A DNA stretch of 64,000 bases from Cyanophora paradoxa CCMP329 (GCA_004431415.1 QPMI01000227.1:1-64000); one strand, 5' to 3'. Positions 1 through 11,258 are shown, counted from the first letter of the stretch. Program-made: numbers and translations. The notes: generated by a model from the letters alone, not told the origin.

Positions 1-376
1 CCACATCCCAGACACCTCTCCTCCCCCTCCGCTGTGTTAGGAAGATCATAGGGCGGTCAATCATTCCACCATGGCCAAGTCAATACTACGAGCTTCAAAG
101 ACACTCTCACTGACTCAGAGAACCTGAGATTGAAGGCGACCTCGAGCTCCAAGCGGCTGCTGTACGTGTGCCCGATCGCTCTCCGCGGCTCAGAGAACGC
201 GGACGAGCAGCTGCAGGCTCTTCCGTCATATAGAGCCGCTGTGGTGGAGTAGACTCCGGCAGAGCTCCCGGAGGGCAGAGCCGCCGCGACGGCCCGCAGA
301 GGATGCTTGGAAGGAAGCGACACAAGCGAGCCCTCTGAGGCGGGCGGGTGCGCAGGTCCATTGCGCGAGGAGGGGG

Positions 377-1173
377 TCACGTGCAGAGGCCGCCGTCGAT
401 GACGAAGGTCTGCCCCGTGATGTACGCCGCCGCGGGGTCCGCCACGAGGAAGCGCACCAGGCCCGCCACCTCCTCCGCCGTCCCGAAGCGCCCCAGCGGG
501 ATCGACAGCTGGAGCTTATCGCGCGCTTCCCGCCCGATGTCGCCCGTCATGTCCGTGTCCACGTAGCCTGGCGCCTGTACGTTTGTCGAATCAAAGCGAG
601 GAGGGTGGCGCAAAAGAGGCGCACAACGGCGTTGGCCAGGATGCCTCTGCTCGCCAGCTCCAGGGCCGTCGTCTTTGTGAGGCCGATGAGCCCCGCCTTG
701 GACGCCGCGTACGCCGCCTGGCCCGCGTTGCCGCGCATGCCCACAACCGAGCAGATGTTCACGATGCGCCCAGAGCGCTGCCGGACCATGATCTCGGCCG
801 CCGCCTTCGTGCAGAGGAAGGCGCCGCGGAGGTTCACGTCGACCACGTCTTGCCACGCGGCGGCGCTGGTCCGCAGCAGCAGCCCATCGCGGCGTATGCC
901 CGCGCTGTTGACGAGGGCGTCGAGCCGCCCGAACCGGTCCCGCGTCTCCGCGAACAGCGCCCGCACGTCGCTCTCAGAGCCCACGTTGGCGCGGATCGCG
1001 GCCGCCGACGCCGCCCCGACGCGCTCAACGACCTCAAGGGCGCCGCGCTCGGACTGCGAGTAGTTCACGACCACGCGCCAGCCCGCCGAGGCAAGCGCCA
1101 AGCAAACGGCGCGCCCGATGCCGCGCGAGCCACCGGTTACCAGCGCAACCGGCGCATGCGCCGAAAGCGACAT
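377..1173 (-). CDS. fabG: 3-oxoacyl-ACP reductase (SDR family), one intron (~575-625)
   Basis: VALVTGGSRGIG, NSAGI, YAASKAG motifs; removing one GT-AG intron joins ANAV to APGYVDTDMT...VRFLVADPAAAYITGQTFVIDGG. Confidence 0.92.
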
Positions 1174-1304
1174 AGAGCAGCGTAGCTAGAGCTCCCTCGC
1201 TCTGCAGCCTCACCGGTTTGTCGCTCTACCCGTTCTCGGAGACTTGACACTGACTTGTGACTGGACTGATTTGACTTCACCTTCAGCCTCAGATCAGCCG
1301 CCGA

Positions 1305-1793
1305 ATGGGGCACGCGCACGATGTCGAGAACCCAAAGGCGTCGTGCTCGGGATGCGCCTGCGGCGACGAGAAGGAGGCGCGAAACGCGGCCTTGATCAAG
1401 TTCTTCCGGAGGCATGGTCCGCATGCCTCTTTCATCAAGTTTCTCACGCATTCATCGACGCGCGTCGGCAGTGCTCTCAGAGATGTTGAACGGCATGGTC
1501 ATGGGCGCGCTGCTCTTCTACCAGGTTCGCCGCCGCTTGCATTCGCGGATTTTAAGATCTGCATTAGCACATACGTACAAAAACTACAGTCGTCGGTCGT
1601 AACGTCCCGCCGCGTGGATGCGCGTCATACATGCATTGCTCCCGCTCATCATCCCGCTCAGGGCACGAGCCACTACAAGCACCTCATTCAGAAGTTGATG
1701 CAGTGGAAGGCGTGGTTCATCGCGTTGCTGAAGAGCCGACTCGCGATCCTGGGCATAAAGTTCAAGACGGAGAAACAGGCTCCCGCCGCTTGA
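1305..1793 (+). CDS. small hypothetical protein (~100 aa), two predicted introns
   Basis: ATG 1305; GT-AG introns give MGHAHDVENPKASCSGCACG...HVLSEMLNGMVMGALLFYQ|GTSHYKHLIQKLMQWKAWF...; divergent from fabG; no recognised family. Confidence 0.45.
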   Translation: MGHAHDVENPKASCSGCACGDEKEARNAALIKFFRRHGPHASFIKFLTHSSTRVGSALRDVERHGHGRAALLPGSPPLAFADFKICISTYVQKLQSSVVTSRRVDARHTCIAPAHHPAQGTSHYKHLIQKLMQWKAWFIALLKSRLAILGIKFKTEKQAPAA

Positions 1794-2009
1794 GCGATTT
1801 CCCGGGTGCCCTTCGACCGAGTTCACCACATTCAGGGGGCGCTACTCCCTCTAATCCATGTTTTTCTGGCCTGCACGGCCCTAATCTCAGAGTCTGGCCA
1901 AAACCCCGCTCCTCTATCCCGGAGTCCTCTTCGGGCTCTTCACCTGCTTCTCTGCAGGCCTTTGATTTCAGATGTGTAGCTAGTGCATCCCCATCGACAA
2001 CAGTGTGAT

Positions 2010-2077
2010 TTCCAGACGGGGGTGGGGCGTCGTTCCAGACGGGGGTGGGGCGTCGTTCCAGACGGGGGTGGGGCGTC
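2010..2077. repeat. 23-bp tandem repeat, three copies
   Basis: TTCCAGACGGGGGTGGGGCGTCG x3, no spacers. Confidence 0.9.
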
Positions 2078-2546
2078 AGCATGCATAGCCCTATAGCTTT
2101 ACTGGTAGACCTCTCCTGATTATGAGCATGATTATTTTGGCGCGACACGCGATGTCTGCTTTCTGTCTGTTTCTGTCTTCTACATGATTTCAAACTTGCA
2201 ATTGCAAATTAATGAAAGTCGGGACGTCCAACTTCAGATTGAAATCCAACCCCGTCCAACTTGCCGCAGTGCAACCGCTGAGCGAGTCACTGAGTTGTGC
2301 GCATATGCATGCGCTAGCGCTAGCCGCTATATAGCTAGCGCTGCGGATCCGGATATATAGAGCTCTCGCCGGCGCCGACTCCGATCGCGAGGCTCGGCGA
2401 CTCGGCGAGTCCAGCAATATCATTGTATACGTATATACACGTATACGTATGCACATCATGGCATGCCGCAGTGCGCATGCATATGCTTGCCAAGTTGCTG
2501 ATGAGCAGTTCGTGTACCCGGCGGTCCTCGAAAACTAGACGAAAAG

Positions 2547-3707
2547 ATGGCGCGGGAGCCGCCGGCGGGCTTCGGCACCCTCGCTATGATGCCCAGCATC
2601 CGCGCAGCAGGCGGAACCCCAAGCGTACGAGCCTCGCTGTCCCCGTTCATGTCTCGCATCCGGGCGGCCTGCGGAGCGGCATCACCGCAGACTTCATGTG
2701 GCGCTAGCGCTAGAGTGCACGCCGCAGCACGTTGGCCTCATTCTGCTCGACTCTCCCTCGCGTCGCCCTGGCGTGGCGATCCAGCAGCATGCACAGCCCG
2801 TGGCATGTTCGCGTCCCAGCAGACACTGCGCGGCCTGGCGACGCGTCCGCCGACGCACGGGACCGACACGAATCAGGCCCCGCCCCCCACCACCGCAGCG
2901 GCTTCTCCGCCGGGCGGCTTCGCCGCAAGCGAGGCGAGCGGCGTGCGGAGCGCTTCTGGGGACGAGCGCTGACGCGCTTGGAGCGCGCAGGGCCGAGTGG
3001 AGTCGCGGGACGTGGTCGACGAGATCTCTACGTCGTACCTCGAGTATGCGATGAGCGTGATCGTGGGCCGCGCGCTGCCGGACGTGCGGGACGGCCTGAA
3101 GCCCGTGCACCGGCGAGTGCTGTACGCGATGTACGAGCTGAACCTCTCGCCCGACACGCCGTTCCGGAAGTGCGCCCGCGTCGTGGGCGAGGTCCTCGGT
3201 GCGTCGCCGTGCGGGGCGGGGCGGGCGCGGGTGGCGACGGGGCGCAGGGAAGTACCACCCGCACGGGGACACGTCGGTGTACGACGCGCTGGTGCGCATG
3301 GCGCAGGAATTCTCCATGCGGGAGCCCCTCGTCGACGGGTGCGGGCCCCGGTGCGGCGCGGCGCGGCGCGGGGGGCGACTCTGCGCAGGCACGGGAACTT
3401 CGGGTCGGTGGACGGGGACCCGCCGGCGGCGATGCGGTACACGGAGTGCCGGCTGCGGAAGCTCGCGCAGGAGACCCTCCTCAAGGAGATCAACATGGAC
3501 ACCGCGCGCCCTCCCCGGCCCCCGCCCCCGCCCGAGGCGGGGCGGCTGAGGGGCGGGGGCAGGTGGAGTGGACGGACAACTTCGACGGGTCGCGGAAGGA
3601 GCCGGCGGTGCTCCCCTCGCGCCTTCCCCAGCTCCTCCTTAACGGCTCCTCTGGTGCGCCCCGCCGCCGCCCCCGCCGGCCGGCGCGCGCGAGCGAGCGG
3701 GGCGGCA

Positions 3708-3739
<32 letters not shown>

Positions 3740-6700
3740 CCCGCACAACCTCGGGGAGCTCTGCGACGCCATGGCCCGCCCCGCCCCGCCCCGGCCCCGC
3801 CCGCCGGGCCGGCTTGACGGGGCGCAGGTGGCGCTCATCCGGGACCCGAGCCTCACCGACCTGCAGCTCATGGAGTTCATCCGAGGGCCCGACTTCCCCA
3901 CGGGGGTGCGCGCGGCCGCCGGCCGGGGCGCGGTGCGGGGCGGGGGGCGACGGGGCGCAGGGGACGATCATCGGGACGGAGGGGACGAAGTCGGCGTACA
4001 CGACGGGCCACGGGTCGATCGTCGTGCGCGGCCGCTCGCGCTTCGAGGAGGTCGAGGCGGGGCGCGGGCAGCCCCGCACCGCCATCATCATCACCGAGCT
4101 CCCCTACCAGACCAACAAGGCCCGCTCCGACCCCGCCCCGCGCCTCGCGCCGGGCCCCCGCGCGACGCGGCGCAGGCGTCGTTCATCGAGCACGTCGCCG
4201 ACATGGTCAACGACAAGAAGGCGCGCCGCCCGCCCCCGCCGCCCCGCCCCCGCGGGAGGCGACGGGGCGCAGCTGGTGGGGGTGTCGGACATCCGCGACG
4301 AGTCGGACCGCGACGGCATGCGCGTCGTCATCGAGCTCAAGCGCGGTCCGCCCCCGGCGCCTCCTCGCGGCGCCTCCCGCGCGGGGCGCGCTGACGGGCC
4401 GCAGACGCCAACCCGCAGGTGGTGCTGAACAACCTGGTGGCGCAGTCGGGCCTGCAGACGCGCTTTGGGGCCAACATGCTCGCCCTGGACGCCGAGAAGA
4501 AGCCCCGCCCGATGCGCCTCTCGGAGTTCCTGCACCAGTGGCTCGCCTTCCGCGTGGAGACTGTCGAGCGCAAGACCCGCTTCGAGCTCCGCGCCGCCGA
4601 GGAGCGCTTCCACATCCTCGAGGCCCGCCCGCCCCCGGCCCCCGGCCCCCGGCCCCCCGCGCTGCCCCCGCCGAGGCCGCGCAGGGCTTCCTGATCATGC
4701 TGCGGAACGTGGACGCCGTGGTCGAGGCCGTCCGGGCCGCCCCCGACGCCCCCGCCGCCCGCGCCTCCCTCGTCTCCCGCTTCGCCCTCAGGCCCGCCCC
4801 GCCCCGCGCCCTCGCGCCGCGCGTGCGAGCGGCGCCGCAGCGAGGCGCAAGCGACGGCGGTGCTGGCGCTGCAGCTGCGCCGGCTGACGGGCATGGAGTC
4901 GAGCCAGGCGCGCCCGGGCGGGGGGCGGCGGGGCGGCGGGGTGACGGGGGTGACAGGTGGCGGAGGAGCACGGGGCGCTGCGGGTGAAGGTGGGGGAGCT
5001 GCGGGGCGTGCTGGCCTCGCGGGAGCGCGTGCTGGGGATCATCGAGGAGGAGCTCCGCGCCATCAAGGCCGCCTTCGCGTCCGCCCGCCCCGCCCGCCCC
5101 GCACCCCTCGCCGCGGGGCGGGGCCGACGGGGGGCAGGACGCCGCGGCGGACGGAGGTGCTGGACGACGGGCGGGCCGGCCGCGTGGACGAGGCCGACCT
5201 CGTCCGCCCTGCCCGGCCCCGCGCCCGCCCGCCCCCTCACCCCTTCGCCCGCCCCAGATCGAGAACAACTTCTCCTGCGTCATCGTCACCGCCAAGGTGC
5301 CCCGCCCCGCCCGCCCGCCCCGCCGCCCCCGCCGACGGCCGGCCAGGGGTACATCAAGCGGATGGAGGCGGACACGTTCCGCTCGCAGCGGCGCGGGACG
5401 CGGGGCGCCCGCGGGGCGGCGATCTCGGTGAGCCCGCGCGGCTCGTGCGAAGGGGGGGGGCGGGGTGGGGCTGAGGGGGGGCAGGGGGACGACGTGGTGG
5501 AGCACTTCTTCATGTGCAACGACCGCGACGCGGTCCTCTTCTTCTCGGACACGGGCATCGCCTACTCGGCGCCCGCCTACCAGATCCCCGCCTCGGCCCG
5601 CGCCGCCCGCGGCGTCGCCCTCATGAACGTCGTCCCCGTGCGCGGCCCCCGGGCGCCGGCGGGGCGGGCGGGGGCCGAGGGCCCAGCAGGTCTCCCGCGA
5701 GGAGCGCATCACCTCCGTCCTCCCCGTCTGCACCTTCTCCGAGGAGGAGCAGCTCGTGCGCCCCGCCCCGCCCCGCCCGCCCTGGGCGCCGCCGGGGGCG
5801 GCTGACGCGGCGCAGCTCTTCGTCACGTCGGCGGGGCAGATCAAGCGCACCTCCCTCTCCGCCTTCGCCAAGGCCCGCCGCCCCGCCGCCCGTGGCGGGT
5901 GGCGCGCTGAGGGGGCCCCAGATCCGGTCGAGCGGGCTGACGGCGATCTCGCTGGGGGCGGGGGACCACCTCGTGCGCGTCGCCCGCGTCCGCCCCGGCG
6001 ACTTCGCCCTCATCGCCACCCGCTCCGGCCCGCCCCGCCCCCCGCCCCGCCCAGCCCAGCCCCCGGCTCACGCGCGCGCAGGGAAGTGCATCCGCATTGC
6101 GGTGACGGACGAGGAGGTGCGGGTGATGGGGCGGGCGGCGGGCGGGGTGCGGGCGATCCGGCTGCGGGACGGGGACGAGGTGATCTCGATGGACATCATC
6201 CCCCGCGAGACCGAGGGCCAGGACCCCGCCTTCCTCGAGCGATCGGCCCGCCCCGCCCCGCCCCGCGCCCCCCGCGCCCCTCACTCCGCCCCAGGGCCCC
6301 TGGGTCTTCACGGTGACGAGCAAGGGGGTCGGCAAGCGGCTGCCGATCTCGGAGTTCCGGACGCAGGCGCGGGGTGGCTCGGGGGTCATCGCGACGAGCC
6401 TCAAGACCGGCGCCTCGGTGGCCGACAACGGGCTCGAGGAGGTCGAGGAGGAGGGGGAGGAGGAGGAGGAGGTGGCGGGGCGACGGGGCGGGGCGCGGGG
6501 CGGGGCGGCGGGGGCGAAGCTGGTGTCGATGCGGGTGGTGCTGCCCGACGACGAGGCCCTCCTCGTCACCGCCCGCGGCACCGTCGTCCGCCTCGTCCGC
6601 ACCGCCCCCCCGCCCCCCCGCCCGCCCTTCCCGCCCCCCCTCACGCTGGCGCCGGCAGTCGATGCGCGAGGTGCCCCTGCTGCAGACGCGCGGCACCAAG

Positions 6701-6847
6701 GGCGTGCGCCTCCAGCGCCTCGACGCCGGCGACGAGCTCGTCGCCTGCGCCATCGTCGTCCCCGAGGGCTCCCGCGGCCGCGCCTCCAACCCCGGCGGGC
6801 CCGCCTCCCCGTCCCCCTCCCCGTCCCCTTCGCCCCTGGACGACTAG
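2547..6847 (+). CDS. gyrA: organellar DNA gyrase subunit A, 23 short introns, N-terminal targeting extension
   Basis: [47 protein letters not shown] (catalytic Tyr), [20 protein letters not shown], GyrA-box-like QRRGTRG, C-terminal pinwheel repeats; continuous frame after splicing. Confidence 0.96.
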
Positions 6848-7214
6848 CCCTCACCCAGTTCCCTTCCTCGAGCCCGTGCTTCGCGCCGCCGGCTAACGCC
6901 GGTATCAATCGCGAGCCAGCGCTTTCAGAACCGCTAGCACTCATGACGCGCGCGAAAAAGGTCGACGTCGACGTCAGGTGCACCACGTTGGAGAAGGGGG
7001 GGGGGGGGGGGGGGGGGGAGCGGGTATGCATTCTCGGTCTTCAAAGCTTTGCAGCACACATACATGGCCCCCAGCCCACAGAATTCTAAATCGGACGCAC
7101 ATCAGTAGTGTCCACTCGGCCCCGAGCACCGCACGCGTACGGACAGGAGCCGCCGCGCAGCGCGATCTGTGAGCTATAGTCGCGGCCGCCGGCCGAGCTC
7201 GAGACACGCGCGCC

Positions 7215-8831
7215 ATGCACGCGGTCGGCGTGCGTGTGCGTGTCGCTGGCCGCGCGGCGCATGCGCGCTACAGCCACGCGCGACGGATGACGACGGGGGC
7301 GGCGCCGCTCCGCGTCTGCATCGTGGGGAGCGGCCCGGCGGGCTTCTACACGGCGGACCGGCTGCTGCGGAACGCGAGCGTGACGGTGGACATGCTGGAG
7401 CGCTACCCGGTGCCGTACGGGCTGGTGCGCTTCGGGGTCGCGCCGGACCACCCCGAGGTGAAGGCCGTCATCGGCAAGTTCGAGTCGGTGGCGGAGGGGA
7501 GCGGCGGGCGCTTCCGGTTCGCGGGGAACGTGGCGCTGGGGCGGGACGTGGCGCTGGAGGAGCTGCGGCGGCACTACCACGCCGTCGTCCTCGCGTACGG
7601 CGCCGAGGGCGACCGGCGCCTCGGCGTCCCCGGCGAGGAGCTCCCGGGGGTCTTCTCGGCCCGCGAGTTCGTCGGCTGGTACAACGGCCTCCCCGAGTGC
7701 AGCGCCCTCCCCGTCCGCCTCGACGACGTCGAGACCGTCGCCATCGTCGGCCAGGCACGCCGCCCGCCCGCCCGCCCGCCCGGCGCGGGGTGCGGGGCGC
7801 GGGGCGAGGCGGGGCGCAGGGGAACGTGGCGGTGGACTGCGCGCGGGTGCTGTGCAAGCCGGTGGACGAGCTGCGGCAGACGGACATCTCCGAGGCCGCC
7901 CTCGAGGCCCTCGCCCGCAGCCGCGTCCGCCGCGTCCTCCTCCTCGGCCGCCGCGGGCCCGTCCAGGTGCCCCCCCGCCCGGCCGGGGCGCGCGGGGGCC
8001 GAGGGCGGGGCGGCGGGGCAGGCGGCGTGGGCGACGGCGGAGCTGCGGGAGCTCGCGCAGGTGGCGAGCGGCGCCCCCGGCCGCTTCCGCCTCGTCGCCG
8101 ACCCCGCCGAGCTCGCCCTCTCCCCCGAGCTCGACGAGGAGCTCCAGCGCGGCGCGCCCCTCGCCCCGCCCCAGCTCGCCCCGCCCCGCCTGACGCCGCG
8201 CAGAGCGGCCCCTGCGGCGCAAGTTCGAGCTGCTGCAGAAGGTGGCGGGGCCCCCGGGGCCGGAGGCCCCGAGCTGGCGCTGCGCTTCCTGCGGAGCCCC
8301 GTGGCGTTCACGGCGGGCGGGGCGGGGCGGCTGGGCGGGGTGCGGCTGGAGCGGAACGAGCTGGTGCGGGAGGCGGGGGGCGGGTGGGCGGCGCGCGGCA
8401 CGGGGGCCCTCGAGGAGGTCCCCTGCGAGGCGGCCCTCCGCTCCGTCGGCTACCGCAGCCTCCCCGTCCCCGGCGTCCCCTTCGACGCCCGCCGCGGCGT
8501 CGTCCCCAGCGCGGGCGGCCGCGTGGAGGCCGGCTGGCTCTACGTCGCCGGCTGGCTCAAGCGGGGCCCGACGGGGATCATCGGGAGCAACATCGGGGAC
8601 GCGGAGGAGACGGCCGCCTCGCTCCTCGCCGACCTCGCCGGCCGCCCGCTCCCGCCCCGCGGCGCCCTCGAGGGCCTGGCGGCGGAGGCCCTCGGCGCGC
8701 GGGGCGTGCGGGCCGTCTCGTGGGAGGACTGGCGCCGCATCGACGCCGCCGAGCGGGCGGCGGGGGCGCGCCTCGGGCGGCCCCGCTGCAAGCTCCCCAC
8801 CGTCCCCGACATGCTCGCCGCCCTCCCCTAG
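7215..8831 (+). CDS. FDXR: NADPH:adrenodoxin oxidoreductase (mitochondrial ferredoxin reductase), three introns
   Basis: IVGSGPAGFY, PYGLVRFGVAPDHPEVK, SAREFVGWYNG, GQ|GNVAVD, YVAGWLKRGPTGIIG. Confidence 0.93.
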   Translation: MHAVGVRVRVAGRAAHARYSHARRMTTGAAPLRVCIVGSGPAGFYTADRLLRNASVTVDMLERYPVPYGLVRFGVAPDHPEVKAVIGKFESVAEGSGGRFRFAGNVALGRDVALEELRRHYHAVVLAYGAEGDRRLGVPGEELPGVFSAREFVGWYNGLPECSALPVRLDDVETVAIVGQARRPPARPPGAGCGARGEAGRRGTWRWTARGCCASRWTSCGRRTSPRPPSRPSPAAASAASSSSAAAGPSRCPPARPGRAGAEGGAAGQAAWATAELRELAQVASGAPGRFRLVADPAELALSPELDEELQRGAPLAPPQLAPPRLTPRRAAPAAQVRAAAEGGGAPGAGGPELALRFLRSPVAFTAGGAGRLGGVRLERNELVREAGGGWAARGTGALEEVPCEAALRSVGYRSLPVPGVPFDARRGVVPSAGGRVEAGWLYVAGWLKRGPTGIIGSNIGDAEETAASLLADLAGRPLPPRGALEGLAAEALGARGVRAVSWEDWRRIDAAERAAGARLGRPRCKLPTVPDMLAALP

Positions 8832-8937
8832 CCCCGCCGCCCCCCCTCCATCCGCAAGCAGCGCTCAGCGGCTCCATGCACTCTCGGCATTCCGGCGTTC
8901 GCTTCGCGCGAGGCGATGGGGGCGCGGGGTGGGCGCC

Positions 8938-10329
8938 TCAGAAGAGGGTGTCCGGGCGTTTCGAAAGCCACGCGGCGATCTATCAGGCGGGATCAGGAAG
9001 GCCTGGGGGCGCCGGGAGGGGATGCGGGGGAGCGCTCACGCCGGGGTTGGCGGCGACCTTGGCCTTGAGAGCCGCCAGCTTCGGGAACCTGCGCAGGCGA
9101 TTCGCACGAGAGGTCGCCGGCGCTGGCGGGAGGCCGCGGGGGCGCACTCGGAGAGGTCGTCGAACCAGAAGTTCGCGTGCCGGTCGAGCAGGTCGAAGAG
9201 CGCTGCGTGGCCTCAGCGCGGGGGCGGAGGGCCGGGGGCGCGGGCGGCTGCAAACCGACGTCGCCGATCGATAATTTATCGCCTACGACGTAGCCCGAGG
9301 AGGACGGGTTCCTCGCGAGGATGCGCTCGAAGAAGCCCAGCCAGCGCTTCAGCGTCGCTGCCGCCCCCGTCACGCGCGCCCGGCCGCGTCCTGGGGGGCC
9401 GGCCCACGGGAGTAGGAGATGAAGAGGCAGCGCTGGAGCAGCTTCCCGCCCGTGCTGCATCGCCGGCTCGGGCGGGGGCGGGGGGCGGGGGGGCGGGGGG
9501 CAAGCGGGGCGGGGGGCGGGCGGGGCGGGGGCGGCGCACTAGAGCATCGCGAAGACATCAGTGGTGCTGAAAGTTGAAAAAAACCGTCAGCGACGACGGC
9601 TTTAGACGCAGTCCAATGGGGCGGGCGGGGCGGGCGGACCCGTCGATGACTTCGTTGATCCGCGCCTCGTCCTCGGCGCTCCCGCTCCCGTACATGTTGC
9701 TGCCGCCCGCCCGTAAGGCACACGGGACGACCGCGCGGGGCGGGCCCAACGCGCTATTTCCTCCCGACGTAGCGGAGGATGGCCATGGACTGGCCCAGCC
9801 GGAAGCCGTCGTGCTCGAGGAAGGGGACCTGAAGTTGAAGGCTGACGGTTAGAGTTGAAGTCGGGGTTGAAGGGGAGGGGCGCGCTCGCCTGGTTGAACG
9901 TCAAGATCCCGCTCGCCTGGAGCTGCTTGAGGTCGCCTGCGCGCTCCGTGAGCGGAAGACGCGCGGGATCCCGGAGGCGGCACGTTGAAACGGACCCTTG
10001 AAGAAGTCCATCCGCACATCTTCGAATTGCACGCCCGCGGCGTGCAGGGCAAGTCTGCATGTTTCTGCGCGCCCCTGTGCCCACAGCGTGAGCCCACGAG
10101 GCGCGCCATGCGCAATGACTTGCCTTGGCATCGAAGTACGTGAGCTGCGAAGCGCGTGAGTTAGAGGCGTGCTTAGAATACCGGGCGCTATAGGCGACGC
10201 CGAGCGGTCCTCGACTAGGCCGGCACGCGCGGATAGCGGGCAGCTTTAGGCGACGCAGAGCAGTCCGGCACGCGCGGATAGCGGGCCGGTGACTGAAGTC
10301 GGAAAAAGCCTTCGGACCTTGACAACCAT
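8938..10329 (-). CDS. glutathione S-transferase, sigma-like
   Basis: MVVK|LTYFDAK|GRAETCRL, FNQ|VPFLEHDG..QSMAILRYVG, YVVGDKLSIGD, C-terminus IAAWLSKRPDTLF*. Confidence 0.88.
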
Positions 10330-11258
10330 CTTGCACGGGTGAGCACCGTGAGCTATAATCCGGAGTGCGTTGGATGACGTTCTTTGAGATCTACCCCTCC
10401 CCAGATTGCTCCCCCCCTCCCCCTCTCCGCCGCGTACGCGTGATCATGCATATGATCATGAGCTCGAGCGCATGTCAGCCGCATGCACGTGAGCACCGCG
10501 GCCGCTCGCACCGTGCGCATGCTGGCGCTAGCCGCTGAGCCTCATACTCACGCGTACGTGCCACAGTGATCCTGCGCATGCAGCGCCGGCGCGGGTCCTG
10601 CACGCTTGCCGCAGCCTGGCAGTGCGCCACGTGCACAGCACTGCGCATGCAGCTAGCAATATAGCTAGCGCTCGACTGATCGACGCGTACTTCCTGCTGG
10701 CGCGCTGCGTCAAGCTTAGAGCGTATACGTAATGCCGCAGTGCGCATGCATATATATGCTTGCCAAGTTGCTGATGCCGCCCCCACTGGGCCACTCGGAG
10801 ATTGTACATCTTCGCGCTCGAGCCCCTGTGCCCCTGCTTTTGAGCTATGCCCCTTAAACCTAGTGGCGGGGCGAGGCGGCGTCGCAGCAGCTGCAGGGTC
10901 CAGGCCGTGACTAATACTTCTGCTAGGCGTGAAAAACTAGCTGCGGCGTCGCTAGCTGCGGCGTGCGCGGCACCATACGGAGCTACTGCGTGGCCCCGGC
11001 TGCTATAGCCGCAGAGCGTCAACTGCGCTTAGAGCGTCAACTGCAAATGTGTTATCAATGCGCTTAGAGCGTCAACTGCAAATTCCATAATGTATGCAGA
11101 AATAGTACTCTGAAATATGCGGGGGGGGGGGGGGAATGTTAGGGAGGGAAGTTGATGTAGCAGGTGCGGCAATGTCCCGCGACGGCGTGGAAGCGCCCCC
11201 GAAAGGAGGGGGCGGGGCTGGGGAGAGGGGCCGGGCAAGGGGAGGGCGGAGGCTGTCG

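Noticed and set aside
6472-6519. Possible 24th gyrA intron (48 nt, in frame)
   Set aside because: Length is a multiple of three in a variable acidic loop, so it cannot be decided without cDNA; not counted.
3199-6658. Short introns as a single introner (mobile intron) family
   Set aside because: They share only low-complexity GC runs and splice signals; no alignable family sequence, TIRs or TSDs visible by eye.
2997-6847. gyrA and other genes as frameshifted pseudogenes or a bacterial insertion
   Set aside because: Every frame break coincides with a 48-64 nt GY...AG segment whose removal restores conserved protein sequence.
9555-9565. Apparent in-frame TGA in the GST (selenocysteine or recoding)
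   Set aside because: Out of frame after correct splicing (IDG|TTDVFAML).
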